This document shows, piece by piece, positions 1 through 9,022 of a stretch of DNA of 60,249 nucleotides. The stretch is taken from assembly GCA_005804965.1 (NCBI GenBank), contig SYOC01000311.1, positions 1 through 60,249 of the forward strand. Direction: 5' to 3'. The notes beneath the pieces are model-generated. The model did not search any database, had not been told where the DNA came from, and saw only the letters and a list, made by a program, of their open reading frames with translations. The position numbers were made by a program, and so were the translations under genes. How positions within the stretch are numbered: the first letter of the stretch is position 1; each line of letters starts with the position of its first letter. This stretch comes from Pseudomonadota bacterium. Its GTDB lineage: Bacteria > Desulfobacterota > Binatia > Bin18.

Positions 1-633
1 AACACGCACCTTCTGGAGGATTGCGTGGAGGTGCTGCGCCTCGCCAAGCCAAGGTATTCCGGACTGGCCTTGCACGCCCGTCACCCCGTTCAGGCTCACA
101 CATCCGACAATGTCGAGTTCGGGAAATGGACGCAGCGCCGAGAGCGTACTCAGAAAGGTCCGTACTTCATCCGCCCCACCCACTAGCAAGATGGACAACG
201 GGCGCATCTGTCCTAACCGCACCCTCACCCACAAGCGCACCGCGACAACCGCAGAGGAATTCACTAGCCACAGGAGCACCAACACCGAGCGCGGTAGGTT
301 CAAATCACCCCGGAAAAAATAGTACGCAGAAATAGCTAAAAGCTGAATGCTCAGCGCAGCCACCGCCCGTATCGCCAATCGTAGACGCGGTTGCGGTCGC
401 TGCAAATCGTAGAACCCGAAGAAATAAAGCAGTGCCACTTGCGAGACCAGCAAGACAACAATCGGGTGATGCATGTCTTGCAGACGAGTCACAGGAAGCA
501 GATGTGAAGTAAACGGAATCGGGAAAGCAAGACGCAAAGCGAAAGCGCTAGCGTATGCACCGAGCACGCACAACACGTCGGCGACGACGAGCAACACTAA
601 AATAGTCTGAGCACTCCTCGTGCGTCGCGGCAC
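1..633 (-). CDS. Polyprenyl-phosphate glycosyl-1-phosphate transferase (priming sugar transferase), N-terminal membrane/linker part; the 3' end runs off the window
   Basis: Absent from the ORF track because it is open at the window edge. My translation of the minus strand from GTG 633 is stop-free to position 1 (211 codons): VPRRTRSAQTILVLLVVADVLCVLGAYASAFALRLAFPIPF...LSILLVGGADEVRTFLSTL...IPWLGEAQHLHAILQKVRV. TM helices followed by an 'ILLVGG' Rossmann-like linker is the usual N-terminal layout of WbaP/EpsB-type sugar transferases. The catalytic domain lies outside the window, so the call is by architecture only. Confidence 0.55.
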   Translation of the reverse strand, partial: MPRRTRSAQTILVLLVVADVLCVLGAYASAFALRLAFPIPFTSHLLPVTRLQDMHHPIVVLLVSQVALLYFFGFYDLQRPQPRLRLAIRAVAALSIQLLAISAYYFFRGDLNLPRSVLVLLWLVNSSAVVAVRLWVRVRLGQMRPLSILLVGGADEVRTFLSTLSALRPFPELDIVGCVSLNGVTGVQGQSGIPWLGEAQHLHAILQKVRV

Positions 634-650
634 GCCCTGACCCCTTACCC

Positions 651-1475
651 TCACGTCAGTATCGGTCGCGCCGGGAAACGCGCATAGAGACGACGGCGCG
701 ACAACCAATAGCCGTGCTTCCAAAAGTAATACAGCAGTCCGCGTAGATGCTGCCGCCCCAGAAACGAGAAAGCAGAGAGCATGGATCGCGTAAGGCGGCG
801 TTCGTGGTGCTCCACTATTGCTTCTGGATGATAGATCACACGCCAACCGGCTTGCTGAAGCCGCAGGCATAGATCAACATCTTCCGGGCCGTAGAAGATG
901 CGTTCATCGAGCAGCCCGACCTGCTCCAGCACCCTCCGCCGAATCACTTGGCACGCGCCAATCATGTAATCAACCTCGCGGACGGTGGCGTGATCCCAGT
1001 CCGCCATCTCCACCTTTCGTATCATGGCGCGGGCAAAGGAGAACGGCATGCGGCGCAGGAGTTTGTACGGCAACGTGGGAAAGAGACGACACGAAAGCTG
1101 GTAGCACCCGTCTCGGTCTACGAGCTGCGGACCACACAGTCCCACATCGGCATGCGCGTCCATATAGGCAACTAACTTATCGAACGCCTCGGCGCGGACA
1201 ACAGTATCGTCATCCAAAAGAATCACGTACTCGCCACGCGCGGCTCGTATCCCTTGATTCCGTGCGGGTGCGACGCCGCGATTACTCGGGTTGCTCAACA
1301 ACTGCACCTCGGGGTGACGCTTGCGTACCACCGCGAGCGTGTCATCACGCGAGCCATTATCCACAACGAGGACTTCGAACGAGGACGACGCTAACCCCGA
1401 CGCCAAGGATGATAGACAGGCGTCCACCATCTCTTGCGAATTCCAGGTTAAGATCACCACGGACACTTTGATCAT
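651..1475 (-). CDS. Glycosyltransferase family 2
   Basis: ORF 651..1613, trimmed to ATG 1475. MIKVSVVILTWNSQEMVDACLSSL...VVDNGSRDDT...ILLDDD is a canonical GT2 N-terminus with a DxD motif. ATG 1475 forms an ATGA start/stop overlap with the upstream gene (1472-1475). Confidence 0.85.
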   Translation of the reverse strand: MIKVSVVILTWNSQEMVDACLSSLASGLASSSFEVLVVDNGSRDDTLAVVRKRHPEVQLLSNPSNRGVAPARNQGIRAARGEYVILLDDDTVVRAEAFDKLVAYMDAHADVGLCGPQLVDRDGCYQLSCRLFPTLPYKLLRRMPFSFARAMIRKVEMADWDHATVREVDYMIGACQVIRRRVLEQVGLLDERIFYGPEDVDLCLRLQQAGWRVIYHPEAIVEHHERRLTRSMLSAFSFLGRQHLRGLLYYFWKHGYWLSRRRLYARFPARPILT

Positions 1476-2491
1476 TGTTCGTCGCTCTCGTGCGGGTTCC
1501 GTGACCACGTCTTCGTCGTCGGAAACGGGCGGTACAGAGCATAAAATTCTTTCTTGGTGAGCGCTAGCCTCGCCCGTGCCCGTGCCACAACACGCAGCAC
1601 GAGAGAGAAACACACCAGCGGATACTCATGCCACGTGATCTTCCGTAAGAAATCCGACCAGCGATACGTCGCGATAGGGCCTTGCTCTAACAGATGCCCA
1701 TGCACGCGGCGAATTTGCAGCTTGCCGCCTTCGGTGCGTACGCGCTCGGCAAAATAATCTCGTCCGGTCGCTGGTGGCAAGAAATAGACTTGAGCTTGCC
1801 ATTCCTTGGCTACACGAGTTTTGCCCACGGCGACGGTCAGCCAAGCATCTTCCAGCAACAGGTCTTCTGGCATAGTGCCAGGCAAGGCGTCTTTGCAGAT
1901 CACGAAGAGCCGCCCTCCGGCATTGCCGAAATCAAAACGGTAGGGCAAGGCGGCCATGCGACTCCACAACGTTCCTCGCCCGTTCAGTACCGGCACTTCA
2001 CGAGCCGCCACGACAGACAAGTGTGGAGCCTCGGCGAGCCGGGCTTGCAGGAGCCGCACCGCTTCCTGGTCCACGCGCACATCGGCATCACAAAACAAGA
2101 CAGATGTACCGCTCGCCTGCGACCACAACACATTCCACGCTAGCGGTTTCCCGCGTCTCTCGGTCAACAGCACTCGACACATGGGAATGGGAAGCGAATC
2201 CGTCGCTATCAAGTCGGCATCAATGGCGGGGCCGACCTCAGAGCTGTTCTCGCGGTCAGCAAGCCAGTACTCGTGCAGCGGAATGTCATGACGCCGGCAA
2301 AAGGCTCTCGTAGCCGTCAGCGCAGCACACTCACGATCAGGCACGAGACCGTTCATACAAATCAGCAACTCGGTAATTGGCGGCAGCTGCGGTGCGGAAT
2401 AACGACACGCGATCAACAAACTCTCTAAAGTCTCGACGAGGCTCGGTTCGTCGGCGCGACAGGGGATGGCTAAGGAAAGCCCGCGACGCAT
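1472..2491 (-). CDS. GT-A-type glycosyltransferase-like protein
   Basis: 339-aa ORF. LSLAIPCRADEPSLVETLESLL has a GT-A-like N-terminus, and LFCDADV is a DxD-type motif. It is tightly packed between two GT genes. Confidence 0.6.
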   Translation of the reverse strand: MRRGLSLAIPCRADEPSLVETLESLLIACRYSAPQLPPITELLICMNGLVPDRECAALTATRAFCRRHDIPLHEYWLADRENSSEVGPAIDADLIATDSLPIPMCRVLLTERRGKPLAWNVLWSQASGTSVLFCDADVRVDQEAVRLLQARLAEAPHLSVVAAREVPVLNGRGTLWSRMAALPYRFDFGNAGGRLFVICKDALPGTMPEDLLLEDAWLTVAVGKTRVAKEWQAQVYFLPPATGRDYFAERVRTEGGKLQIRRVHGHLLEQGPIATYRWSDFLRKITWHEYPLVCFSLVLRVVARARARLALTKKEFYALYRPFPTTKTWSRNPHESDEQ

Positions 2492-2496
2492 AGAGG

Positions 2497-3834
2497 TTAT
2501 GCAGCAAGCGCCTGATAGTGCGCAATCAGCGAGCGAGCATCGGCATCAATGGATTGCACGGCAGGAAATGCACCGGAGAGTCGCTGGACCAGAGTTGGGT
2601 CGGTGATAAACCGTGCCAGCGTGTGACGCAAATCGTCAACATCACGCGGCTGAAACAACAGCCCGTCGACGCCATCGCGCACCCATTCTTGCATCCCGCC
2701 AAACGCGGCCGTCACCACCGGCTTCCGCGCCAGAAACGCCTCACGAATCACCAGCGGCGCGTTCTCGTACCAGATGGACGGCACGACGACCACATCCACT
2801 TCATTCAGAATGCCCCCGACCTCGTGGTTCTCATATTTGCCCATCATGCGGATGTGCGGCGAAGCGTGTAATTGAGCGAGGAACCGCTTGCGATCTGGAT
2901 AGGGTGCGTATTGGGTTGTCCCACCGTAGATGCGCAACTCGGCGTCGCGGAGCTGCGTAAACGCTTCGACCAACACATGCACCCCTTTCACTGGATCGAC
3001 CACACCAATGTAACCAAAAATCAACCGGCGTGGATTCGCTACGCGTTGGGAGTGAGGCACAGTCAACGCTGGTAGTCCGCATTCCGAGAACAGCACCTTT
3101 TCTGGAGGAATACCGAAAGCCAGAAACTGTTCACGCAGAAAATGCGATGGAGCCAGAAAGAGCGAGACGGCGCGGCACAGCTCACGGACATGGGCCATCC
3201 GCTCACGAATCTGCTGCACTGCGGACTGAGGCGGCGGACGCCACGCCACATATTTTCCCTGCCAACGGCGCAAGAAATCGCGCACGCGCGCATATTTTTC
3301 TAGTATCGGCTTCAAATGGCGAAACGCAGAAGCCATCCGACGATCCAGCAGATGCGCAAAACATTGCGCACAGCCTTCATCACTCTGCCCTGGGCACACC
3401 GATAAATCAGGTTTGAGGAAACGTCCCCGCTGACAGATGAGCCAATAGTCATGCAACGTCATCACCACAGGGATATGGCGGCGCACGGCCTCGCCAATGC
3501 ACGACGTCGAAAGATACATGAGGTGGTGGAAGTGCACAACCTCGGGAACGAAGGTGTCAAGGAAAGTACCAAAGCGACGCGCCACTTCAGCATTCTCATA
3601 ACTCCGGGCAAACGGTGCCAGCCGCCCAAACGTATTGTTAATGCGCGTGACTTCATAGCCGCCCTGCACTCCGCACTCAATGGCATACTCCTCACGTGCG
3701 GTATCAGCAACACGTGCAAACACACCAACCGCATGCCCCTGACGAGCAAAGGCGCTCGCGAGGTGAGCAACATAGGTCTCGGTCCCCCCCAACGCCTCGG
3801 GAGGGACACCATGCACGACTTGAGCGATACGCAT
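2497..3834 (-). CDS. Glycosyltransferase family 4 (GT-B fold)
   Basis: ORF 2497..3921 begins with TTG. The likely start is ATG 3834, giving MRIAQVVHGVPPEALGGTETYVAHLASAFARQGHAV, the typical GT4 N-terminus. The C-terminal half has VVPSIWYENAPLVIREAFLARKPVV (E-x7-E-like). Confidence 0.85.
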   Translation of the reverse strand: MRIAQVVHGVPPEALGGTETYVAHLASAFARQGHAVGVFARVADTAREEYAIECGVQGGYEVTRINNTFGRLAPFARSYENAEVARRFGTFLDTFVPEVVHFHHLMYLSTSCIGEAVRRHIPVVMTLHDYWLICQRGRFLKPDLSVCPGQSDEGCAQCFAHLLDRRMASAFRHLKPILEKYARVRDFLRRWQGKYVAWRPPPQSAVQQIRERMAHVRELCRAVSLFLAPSHFLREQFLAFGIPPEKVLFSECGLPALTVPHSQRVANPRRLIFGYIGVVDPVKGVHVLVEAFTQLRDAELRIYGGTTQYAPYPDRKRFLAQLHASPHIRMMGKYENHEVGGILNEVDVVVVPSIWYENAPLVIREAFLARKPVVTAAFGGMQEWVRDGVDGLLFQPRDVDDLRHTLARFITDPTLVQRLSGAFPAVQSIDADARSLIAHYQALAA

Positions 3835-3973
3835 CGGGAATGAGAAAGGTTTCGTGGGGCTTGCTTCGGATCGCACGAGAATTTCGTTGCCATATTGAAG
3901 CAGAGGTCCGCCCTCAGTCAACCGGAGCTACTACAAAGCGAGGTGATTCCTCGTCTACAGGTTCGGTTTTAGT

Positions 3974-4936
3974 TCAACCGACGGAAAAGAACCGCAATAG
4001 CCACTCTGCCCAAGGCAGGTCGCGATACAAGAGAATGAGACCAAACGCCAATAGATACCAGGAGGGAAACAGGTGGTAGCGCACATCGCACTGCGCGACG
4101 CCCATGGCCAATAGGAGCCAACCGAACCCCGCCACCGTCGCAACAGCATACGTCGTCGCACAGAAAACAAGCAGCAAGATATGTCGCAGCCGGGAAATCC
4201 CGCGATCCACCGGCCAGAGAAAGGCGGCAGCGGTAATTCCCTCAATCCCGACGGTCCACCACGTCAGCATCCAAGCCAACCAGCGGAAGCGTTGCGGTTC
4301 GACAGGTGGTTGAGGAAGATCAAGGCTCGGGACATCAATGTGCTGCCGCACGAATACGCTCAAGTCCTCGAACTGTTCCGGTGCCAGACCGCCGGCAAGT
4401 TGGGCAAATCCGGCGAAACGTGGATCGATGAGCAAGGTGACGCGAAAAAAGCGACCGTCGAGATAATCTGGAGACAGCAACTTCCACAGTGTGGCAAAGG
4501 CGAACGCCCATCCGATCAAGAGCCGCCCGTTGAGAGCAAGGCAGGCGCGAGGATCGCGGGACACGAGTGCCAGAGTGACGGCCAAACACCAATAGCAGAG
4601 GAGATAGGCATGATTATCGGCGAGCTGCCACTCGACCGCGACCCGGAGCCCAGTCAGTGCGGTCAAAGTCCCCCACAACTTTGGGTTGAGCAGCAGGCTG
4701 GGGAAGATCAGTACACTCGCCGCTAGCCCGAGGATCGTCGGACGGAGCATCCAGTCGCCGATAGGCCGTAACATCAACGCCAGGACCGTCAGCCGCAGTG
4801 CCAGCGCGACGACGTCGAGGTTGGCGATGCTCGGAGCATCATCGCTACCCCTCGGCGGCTCGGTTCTCTCGTGAGTCAATCGCGACCTCAAGCGCCTGCA
4901 ACAGAACGCCACTGGGTTGTAATGTCTCGCGAGCAA
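3974..4936 (-). CDS. Polytopic membrane protein, function unknown
   Basis: 320-aa ORF with several hydrophobic helices (LALRLTVLALMLRP, LGLAASVLIFPSLLL, LLLVFCATTYAVATVAGFGWLLLAMGV). The true start is unclear. It overlaps the upstream ORF by 92 nt in another frame. Confidence 0.5.
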   Translation of the reverse strand: MLARHYNPVAFCCRRLRSRLTHERTEPPRGSDDAPSIANLDVVALALRLTVLALMLRPIGDWMLRPTILGLAASVLIFPSLLLNPKLWGTLTALTGLRVAVEWQLADNHAYLLCYWCLAVTLALVSRDPRACLALNGRLLIGWAFAFATLWKLLSPDYLDGRFFRVTLLIDPRFAGFAQLAGGLAPEQFEDLSVFVRQHIDVPSLDLPQPPVEPQRFRWLAWMLTWWTVGIEGITAAAFLWPVDRGISRLRHILLLVFCATTYAVATVAGFGWLLLAMGVAQCDVRYHLFPSWYLLAFGLILLYRDLPWAEWLLRFFSVG

Positions 4937-5294
4937 AGCGTACGGCCCAGACTTGGATTTCGATCGCGGCCACCGGCCCGGAGTCTGGCGTCGGAATCTC
5001 CGCGAGTTTCATGGCCAGCGCACGTAACGCTGCCTCGGAGGGAAAAGCCAGGACCTGCTGGACCTGGCGATACAAGCTCGCAGGAATCGCTAGCTCTCGG
5101 CGAATATCGGGTCGCAGTGCGAACGCGTGAAGATGGCGATTCCCTCGCATCTCAGCGGTCGAGAACATCCCGAAGCCGCCGCCAGCCCAGGGGCTGAGGG
5201 CGGTGATCGATACAAGTCGCTGTTGGTTTGCAGCGACAAGGCAGAGAAGGAGGCTAGGCACATACCAAAACCACGGAGACCGCATAAGCGTCAT
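4845..5294 (-). CDS. Hypothetical protein with one N-terminal TM helix
   Basis: 149-aa ORF: MTLMRSPWFWYVPSLLLCLVAANQ...GGGFGMFS. No family recognised. It may be the N-terminal part of 3974..4936 (see findings). Confidence 0.4.
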   Translation of the reverse strand: MTLMRSPWFWYVPSLLLCLVAANQQRLVSITALSPWAGGGFGMFSTAEMRGNRHLHAFALRPDIRRELAIPASLYRQVQQVLAFPSEAALRALAMKLAEIPTPDSGPVAAIEIQVWAVRFARETLQPSGVLLQALEVAIDSRENRAAEG

Positions 5295-5321
5295 GAGCTG
5301 CGGAACGCTGGTTCCGCTTTT

Positions 5322-5993
5322 TTATTTTGGCGAGCTGACGACAATGTAGGTGACATTGCCACTTTGATATGCTGGCTTGTACCATGTCGTGCCACACTGG
5401 TAGTAGGAGATGCCGTTGACCACCAGAGCACTGCACGACTTGGCCTGAGCATTAAACGCGGCAGCCGTGATGGTAGCACCAATCACCATGCCTGCCACGA
5501 CTCCCCCAGCCGGGTAGCCATAATACCCGCCATAGTAGCCCCCACCGTGGTAATGCTCCTCTGCCCAGTCGTCGGCAAAGTCTTGCCGATCTTCTTGAAC
5601 GTCCTTCGCGAAGTCTTGCCGATCTTCTTGGCGATCCGTCTGGTGTTGCTGCCGGTCTTCACGGTTCGCCGTGTCGCCGGCCTGTTTCCGGGCCTGCATG
5701 TCTTTTGCGGTGTTCTGGCGGCTGGCTTGACTGGCCGCGTTGCCTCGTAAACTCCCACTACTCGCCGCGCCGCCCCGGGAATAACTTCCTGCACCAGACG
5801 AAAAATTGCCACCGAGCGAACCGCTACTCGCGGCACCGCTACGGGAGAGGCCAGCGCCGCCACGGCTGCCTCCGCTGGAACTGCCACCGCCGCCACCACC
5901 GCGCCGTTGCGCTTCCACTTCAGTCACGAGAAAAACGCTCATACCCACCAGCGCAACCCATACTGAATGACGCATCCATGCTTTCGTTTTCAT
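5322..5993 (-). CDS. Secreted Gly/Ser/Arg-rich low-complexity protein with a Cys-containing C-terminal domain
   Basis: ATG 5993 is preceded by AAGGAG. The signal peptide is MKTKAWMRHSVWVALVGMSVFLVTEVEA. This is followed by RRGGGGGGSSSGGSRGG..., an 11-aa DRQDFA(K/D)D repeat and a C-terminal ...CSALVVNGISYYQCGTTWYKPAYQSGNVTYIVV. Confidence 0.7.
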   Translation of the reverse strand: MKTKAWMRHSVWVALVGMSVFLVTEVEAQRRGGGGGGSSSGGSRGGAGLSRSGAASSGSLGGNFSSGAGSYSRGGAASSGSLRGNAASQASRQNTAKDMQARKQAGDTANREDRQQHQTDRQEDRQDFAKDVQEDRQDFADDWAEEHYHGGGYYGGYYGYPAGGVVAGMVIGATITAAAFNAQAKSCSALVVNGISYYQCGTTWYKPAYQSGNVTYIVVSSPK

Positions 5994-6005
5994 GGTCGTG
6001 CTCCT

Positions 6006-6782
6006 TTACTGGTTTTTTCCCGCATCAGGGTCCATACCCGCGACAAACTGAATCCGACGAGCATCTTCAGCTGGCGTAAAAGTAAACAGGGAGTCCGGCG
6101 TCTCGGGTGCAAAGTTCCAGTCGCGAAAGTCCGACCAAAATTGCGGTTGGCCATTCTCAAGTTTATAAGTCAGCACGATCCGCTGGGGTGCCGGCTTATC
6201 TCCTTTGGCGACCCACACTTGAATATCGACGAGGTCATTGCGCAGGGCGAGTTGCTCACATGGCGTTCCACCAATGGTGGCATCTCCAACGACATAGGCT
6301 TCACTAACTCTCTCCTTTAAGATCTTCAGCAAATTATTCGAGAAGAGTTCTGCCAACGGCAAAGGCATGCGCAGGTCGCGAGTGAAATAGGTGATGACGG
6401 CGTCGAGGTCACCGGATTTTGGGGCTGTGGCATACACTTTTTCGTCCAAGCCGAAGAACGCGATCTGTTTACCATCGAACCGGAAACCGCGCCGATTGCC
6501 GTCGCGGTCAGTAATATCTATGGCTATCCGATCTGGGCGTCGCGCAACGATTTTGCGAGTGGCTCCAAACTCCAGCTTTTGGCCCCAGTCTTGCGCTACA
6601 TCATACCCGATATTCGCTGTGACACTGAACTGTTGGGCTTTGGCCAGAAACTCCGCCATGCGCGTGAGACTAGTCATCGCCTTCTCCTCAATTGCAGGAG
6701 CCTGGACGTTGTCCGCTGCTTTTGCTGGTACTACGAGGGCAGTGCCGACAATGGCAGCAAGTCCTAAAAAGAATGAACGCAT
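6006..6782 (-). CDS. DUF2092 family periplasmic protein (LolA-like fold)
   Basis: GGGAGG lies upstream of ATG 6782. The signal peptide is MRSFFLGLAAIVGTALVVPAKA. ...FSVTANIGYDVAQDWGQKLEFGATRKIVARRPDRIAID...QVWVAKGDKPAPQRIVLTYK...FWSDFRDWNF matches my memory of the DUF2092 pattern. Confidence 0.75.
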   Translation of the reverse strand: MRSFFLGLAAIVGTALVVPAKAADNVQAPAIEEKAMTSLTRMAEFLAKAQQFSVTANIGYDVAQDWGQKLEFGATRKIVARRPDRIAIDITDRDGNRRGFRFDGKQIAFFGLDEKVYATAPKSGDLDAVITYFTRDLRMPLPLAELFSNNLLKILKERVSEAYVVGDATIGGTPCEQLALRNDLVDIQVWVAKGDKPAPQRIVLTYKLENGQPQFWSDFRDWNFAPETPDSLFTFTPAEDARRIQFVAGMDPDAGKNQ

Positions 6783-6864
6783 ACGCTACCTCCCTTGGTT
6801 AGTGGTTTCTTAGGTGAAGGGAAAGAACAATTCCCGAGGAAAGTCCTTTCCTTGAAGGACAAAG

Positions 6865-8892
6865 TCACTTCGCCCCTACGGATTTGCCAGCAGCATCGAG
6901 ATGCTCGATCAAAATGCGGCGGACTTCTTCAATCGCTTTCGGATGTCCTTGTACCGAGTGGCCGAAACGCACCACCAGCTCGGACGCGACCCCTTCGATA
7001 TGAGCACTGTCATACGCCACGATTCCATCGTTTCCGCCAGCGAGAGGTCCGGTCCCTAAGACAGGAATGATCGAATGCGCGGTGATGTTGTCAGCCACGG
7101 GAAGCGAAGACAAGGTTTTAATGAAAGGATTCGAAGGATCCATGTTATCGACGCTCGTCGGCAGTTTAGCCATCTTCTGCCTCAATAATTCATCCTGATT
7201 TTGCGAGATCGTTGTCAGGGCCCTCTGGGTCAGGTCGCCGGGAAGCGTCACTAGCCAAGAAGCAAGGCGGCCCAAACGTAACGCGGCTTGGTAGCTGCCG
7301 TGATGAGGGGTTGCGATAAAAACGACCCGTGAAACGAACGGTAAAGGCGTAAAGAAAAGTGAACGCTGCAATAACTCCCGTGTCTCAGACTCCATCGTGA
7401 GCTGGTCGAGCGGAGTTTTGCTGAGGTTATCCCAAAAGTGGGTGCCACTCTCGACCGTCGTCAGCTTGGTGAGCAAGCCTCCTTGGCTGTGACCAATCAC
7501 AACCATACGGTGGAGTGCAGGAGCCTTCCCTTCTGGGTCGATTTCCTGCACGACGTTCTGTAGCGCCTGCCGTAAGCGCCCCCCCGAATAACCAATAGGG
7601 TTGCCGGTTTCATAGACAAAGAGCCAGATTTGATATTGCTCACGCAGCCGCAAATCTCCCTCGACCTCGTTCACCAGCTCTGCCCAGCGTGCCGGACTCG
7701 ACGCCGTGCCATGGACCAAGACGAGTGGAATGCGGTCAGGATAAGGAGGGTGGAGGAAAAACAGCCCATCTTGCGTTTTTAGCTGCGGCAAGGCGGAAGC
7801 AAGTGCCTGCTTGAGGAAGCCGCCAATCTCGAACGCATAGATGTTTTGTGCCTCCTCCAGGGTGTAGGCAAGAGCGGCAGTGGAATCAAACTCCAGCGGG
7901 CGCTCCTGACCGCCAATTCTTACGGTCCGTCCTCGGTCTGGAGCATAAAGTTCGAGGCGACCGTCTAAGGTCCCAGCCAAGAGACCGCGGCGTGGCTCAG
8001 TCAGGTGTAAGAAAGCCGTAATCGGCACTTTAAGGCGCGGTGGAATCCGATTCGTTGCCGGAGACGAGAGCGCCGTCGTCGTTTCGGCGAGACTCGCCGC
8101 CAGCGGCGCACCAATCCCTGGCTGGCGATAACGGTTGCGCAAGCCACGCACGGCCAGATCAACCGTCGGCACAAAGCGCTCCACCTGACGGCCAGCCCAA
8201 GAGAATTGTGCCGCCGTAGAGTCGATGTTCAGCACGCCAAAGGGAAGTGAGCGCTGGCCCGAGGCGAGGATAACCTCCTTAGACTCAGGCGACATCAAGC
8301 CTTCAGTCAGGCCGCGATTGTACAGGTCGTAAGCAAGGCGCAAACGGGGATCAGCTGGGTCAATAGGAATGCTGTGTGGATCTTCCGAAAATAAGAAGGC
8401 GTAGGCGTACACCGCAGCCGCCAAATAGTAGGAGCGAGATACCGAGGCCTCATCCTTTTGTGAATGGCGTTCGCGTACACATGCTTTCCCTTTGAGCGCC
8501 CAGCACTGATAATCGCTTTCATCACCACCAGGTTTACTTTTTTCAGCATGGAAAAAAGAAAGCTCGGCTAAGGCAAAGAGACGGATGTTAATTCGATCTG
8601 GATCGGACGTGGAAGCGAGAATCTGATGAAGCGCAGCCAAGGCTGCCGATGGGTCATCCTTAAATTGTGCGAGAAGGTCGAGGCGCGCAAGTACTTGCAA
8701 CGAATCAAGACTGGGCGTATCGCTCGAAAGTACACTTGCCGTCAGCAAATGATGCGCTTCTTTCGTGCTCACACGTTGCACACCAACCGGCGTGGAGCAA
8801 CCAGCTAGACACAGAAATAGGCTCAGCAGGGCGACCGGGGAGCGGAGCGACCAGGGCCTCCACAGGTACATAGGGATGCGGATACGTATCAT
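6865..8892 (-). CDS. Lipoprotein with a C-terminal alpha/beta-hydrolase (lipase/esterase-like) domain
   Basis: Lipobox LFLCLAG|CS. It has LVLVHGTASSPARW and the nucleophile elbow VVIGHSQGG (GxSxG). The ~350-aa N-terminal domain has unknown function. Confidence 0.75.
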   Translation of the reverse strand: MIRIRIPMYLWRPWSLRSPVALLSLFLCLAGCSTPVGVQRVSTKEAHHLLTASVLSSDTPSLDSLQVLARLDLLAQFKDDPSAALAALHQILASTSDPDRINIRLFALAELSFFHAEKSKPGGDESDYQCWALKGKACVRERHSQKDEASVSRSYYLAAAVYAYAFLFSEDPHSIPIDPADPRLRLAYDLYNRGLTEGLMSPESKEVILASGQRSLPFGVLNIDSTAAQFSWAGRQVERFVPTVDLAVRGLRNRYRQPGIGAPLAASLAETTTALSSPATNRIPPRLKVPITAFLHLTEPRRGLLAGTLDGRLELYAPDRGRTVRIGGQERPLEFDSTAALAYTLEEAQNIYAFEIGGFLKQALASALPQLKTQDGLFFLHPPYPDRIPLVLVHGTASSPARWAELVNEVEGDLRLREQYQIWLFVYETGNPIGYSGGRLRQALQNVVQEIDPEGKAPALHRMVVIGHSQGGLLTKLTTVESGTHFWDNLSKTPLDQLTMESETRELLQRSLFFTPLPFVSRVVFIATPHHGSYQAALRLGRLASWLVTLPGDLTQRALTTISQNQDELLRQKMAKLPTSVDNMDPSNPFIKTLSSLPVADNITAHSIIPVLGTGPLAGGNDGIVAYDSAHIEGVASELVVRFGHSVQGHPKAIEEVRRILIEHLDAAGKSVGAK

Positions 8893-8983
8893 AGCCTGGA
8901 CCGTTGCCTCTTTCGTTCAGCTCGCATGCTTCTCTTTTCTGAGGGCGCTGCACCAGATGAGATTATCCTTACAGGTCGCCTCA

Positions 8984-9022
8984 GTTCAGGTACAGTTGGA
9001 AGCGGTTCAGATTCCAGTTCAG
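8984..9022 (+). promoter_or_regulatory. Three-box GGTTCAG array A (candidate operator)
   Basis: aGTTCAGGTACAg-N8-GGTTCAGATTcc-aGTTCAG. GTTCAG starts at 8984, 9005 and 9017 (offsets 21 and 12). It is intergenic, 92 nt from ATG 8892 of the hydrolase lipoprotein gene. Confidence 0.6.

Noticed and set aside
21-335. Plus-strand ORFs of 104 aa and 70 aa at the left edge.
   Set aside because: They are Arg/Pro/Ser-rich with no motif. The minus strand is stop-free from 633 to 1 and encodes a TM-rich sugar-transferase-like N-terminus, so these are shadow ORFs of GC-rich coding DNA.
818-1471. A 217-aa plus-strand ORF, with many similar antisense ORFs across 1-4 kb.
   Set aside because: It is antisense to a GT2 gene with clear motifs. 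Its Arg/Pro-rich composition is typical of wrong-frame translation in high-GC DNA.
5127-5899. ORFs 5127..5750 (+) and 5483..5899 (-) overlapping the Gly/Ser-rich gene.
   Set aside because: Low-complexity GC-rich DNA is open in several frames. Only 5322..5993 has an SD, a signal peptide and a structured C-terminus.
8960-8975. A shared 'GTAAGG' element near arrays A, B and C as a possible common -10 or second operator.
   Set aside because: It is present near three arrays, but at variable distance (17 and 22 nt) and in opposite orientation at C. It is too short and inconsistent to call without TSS data.
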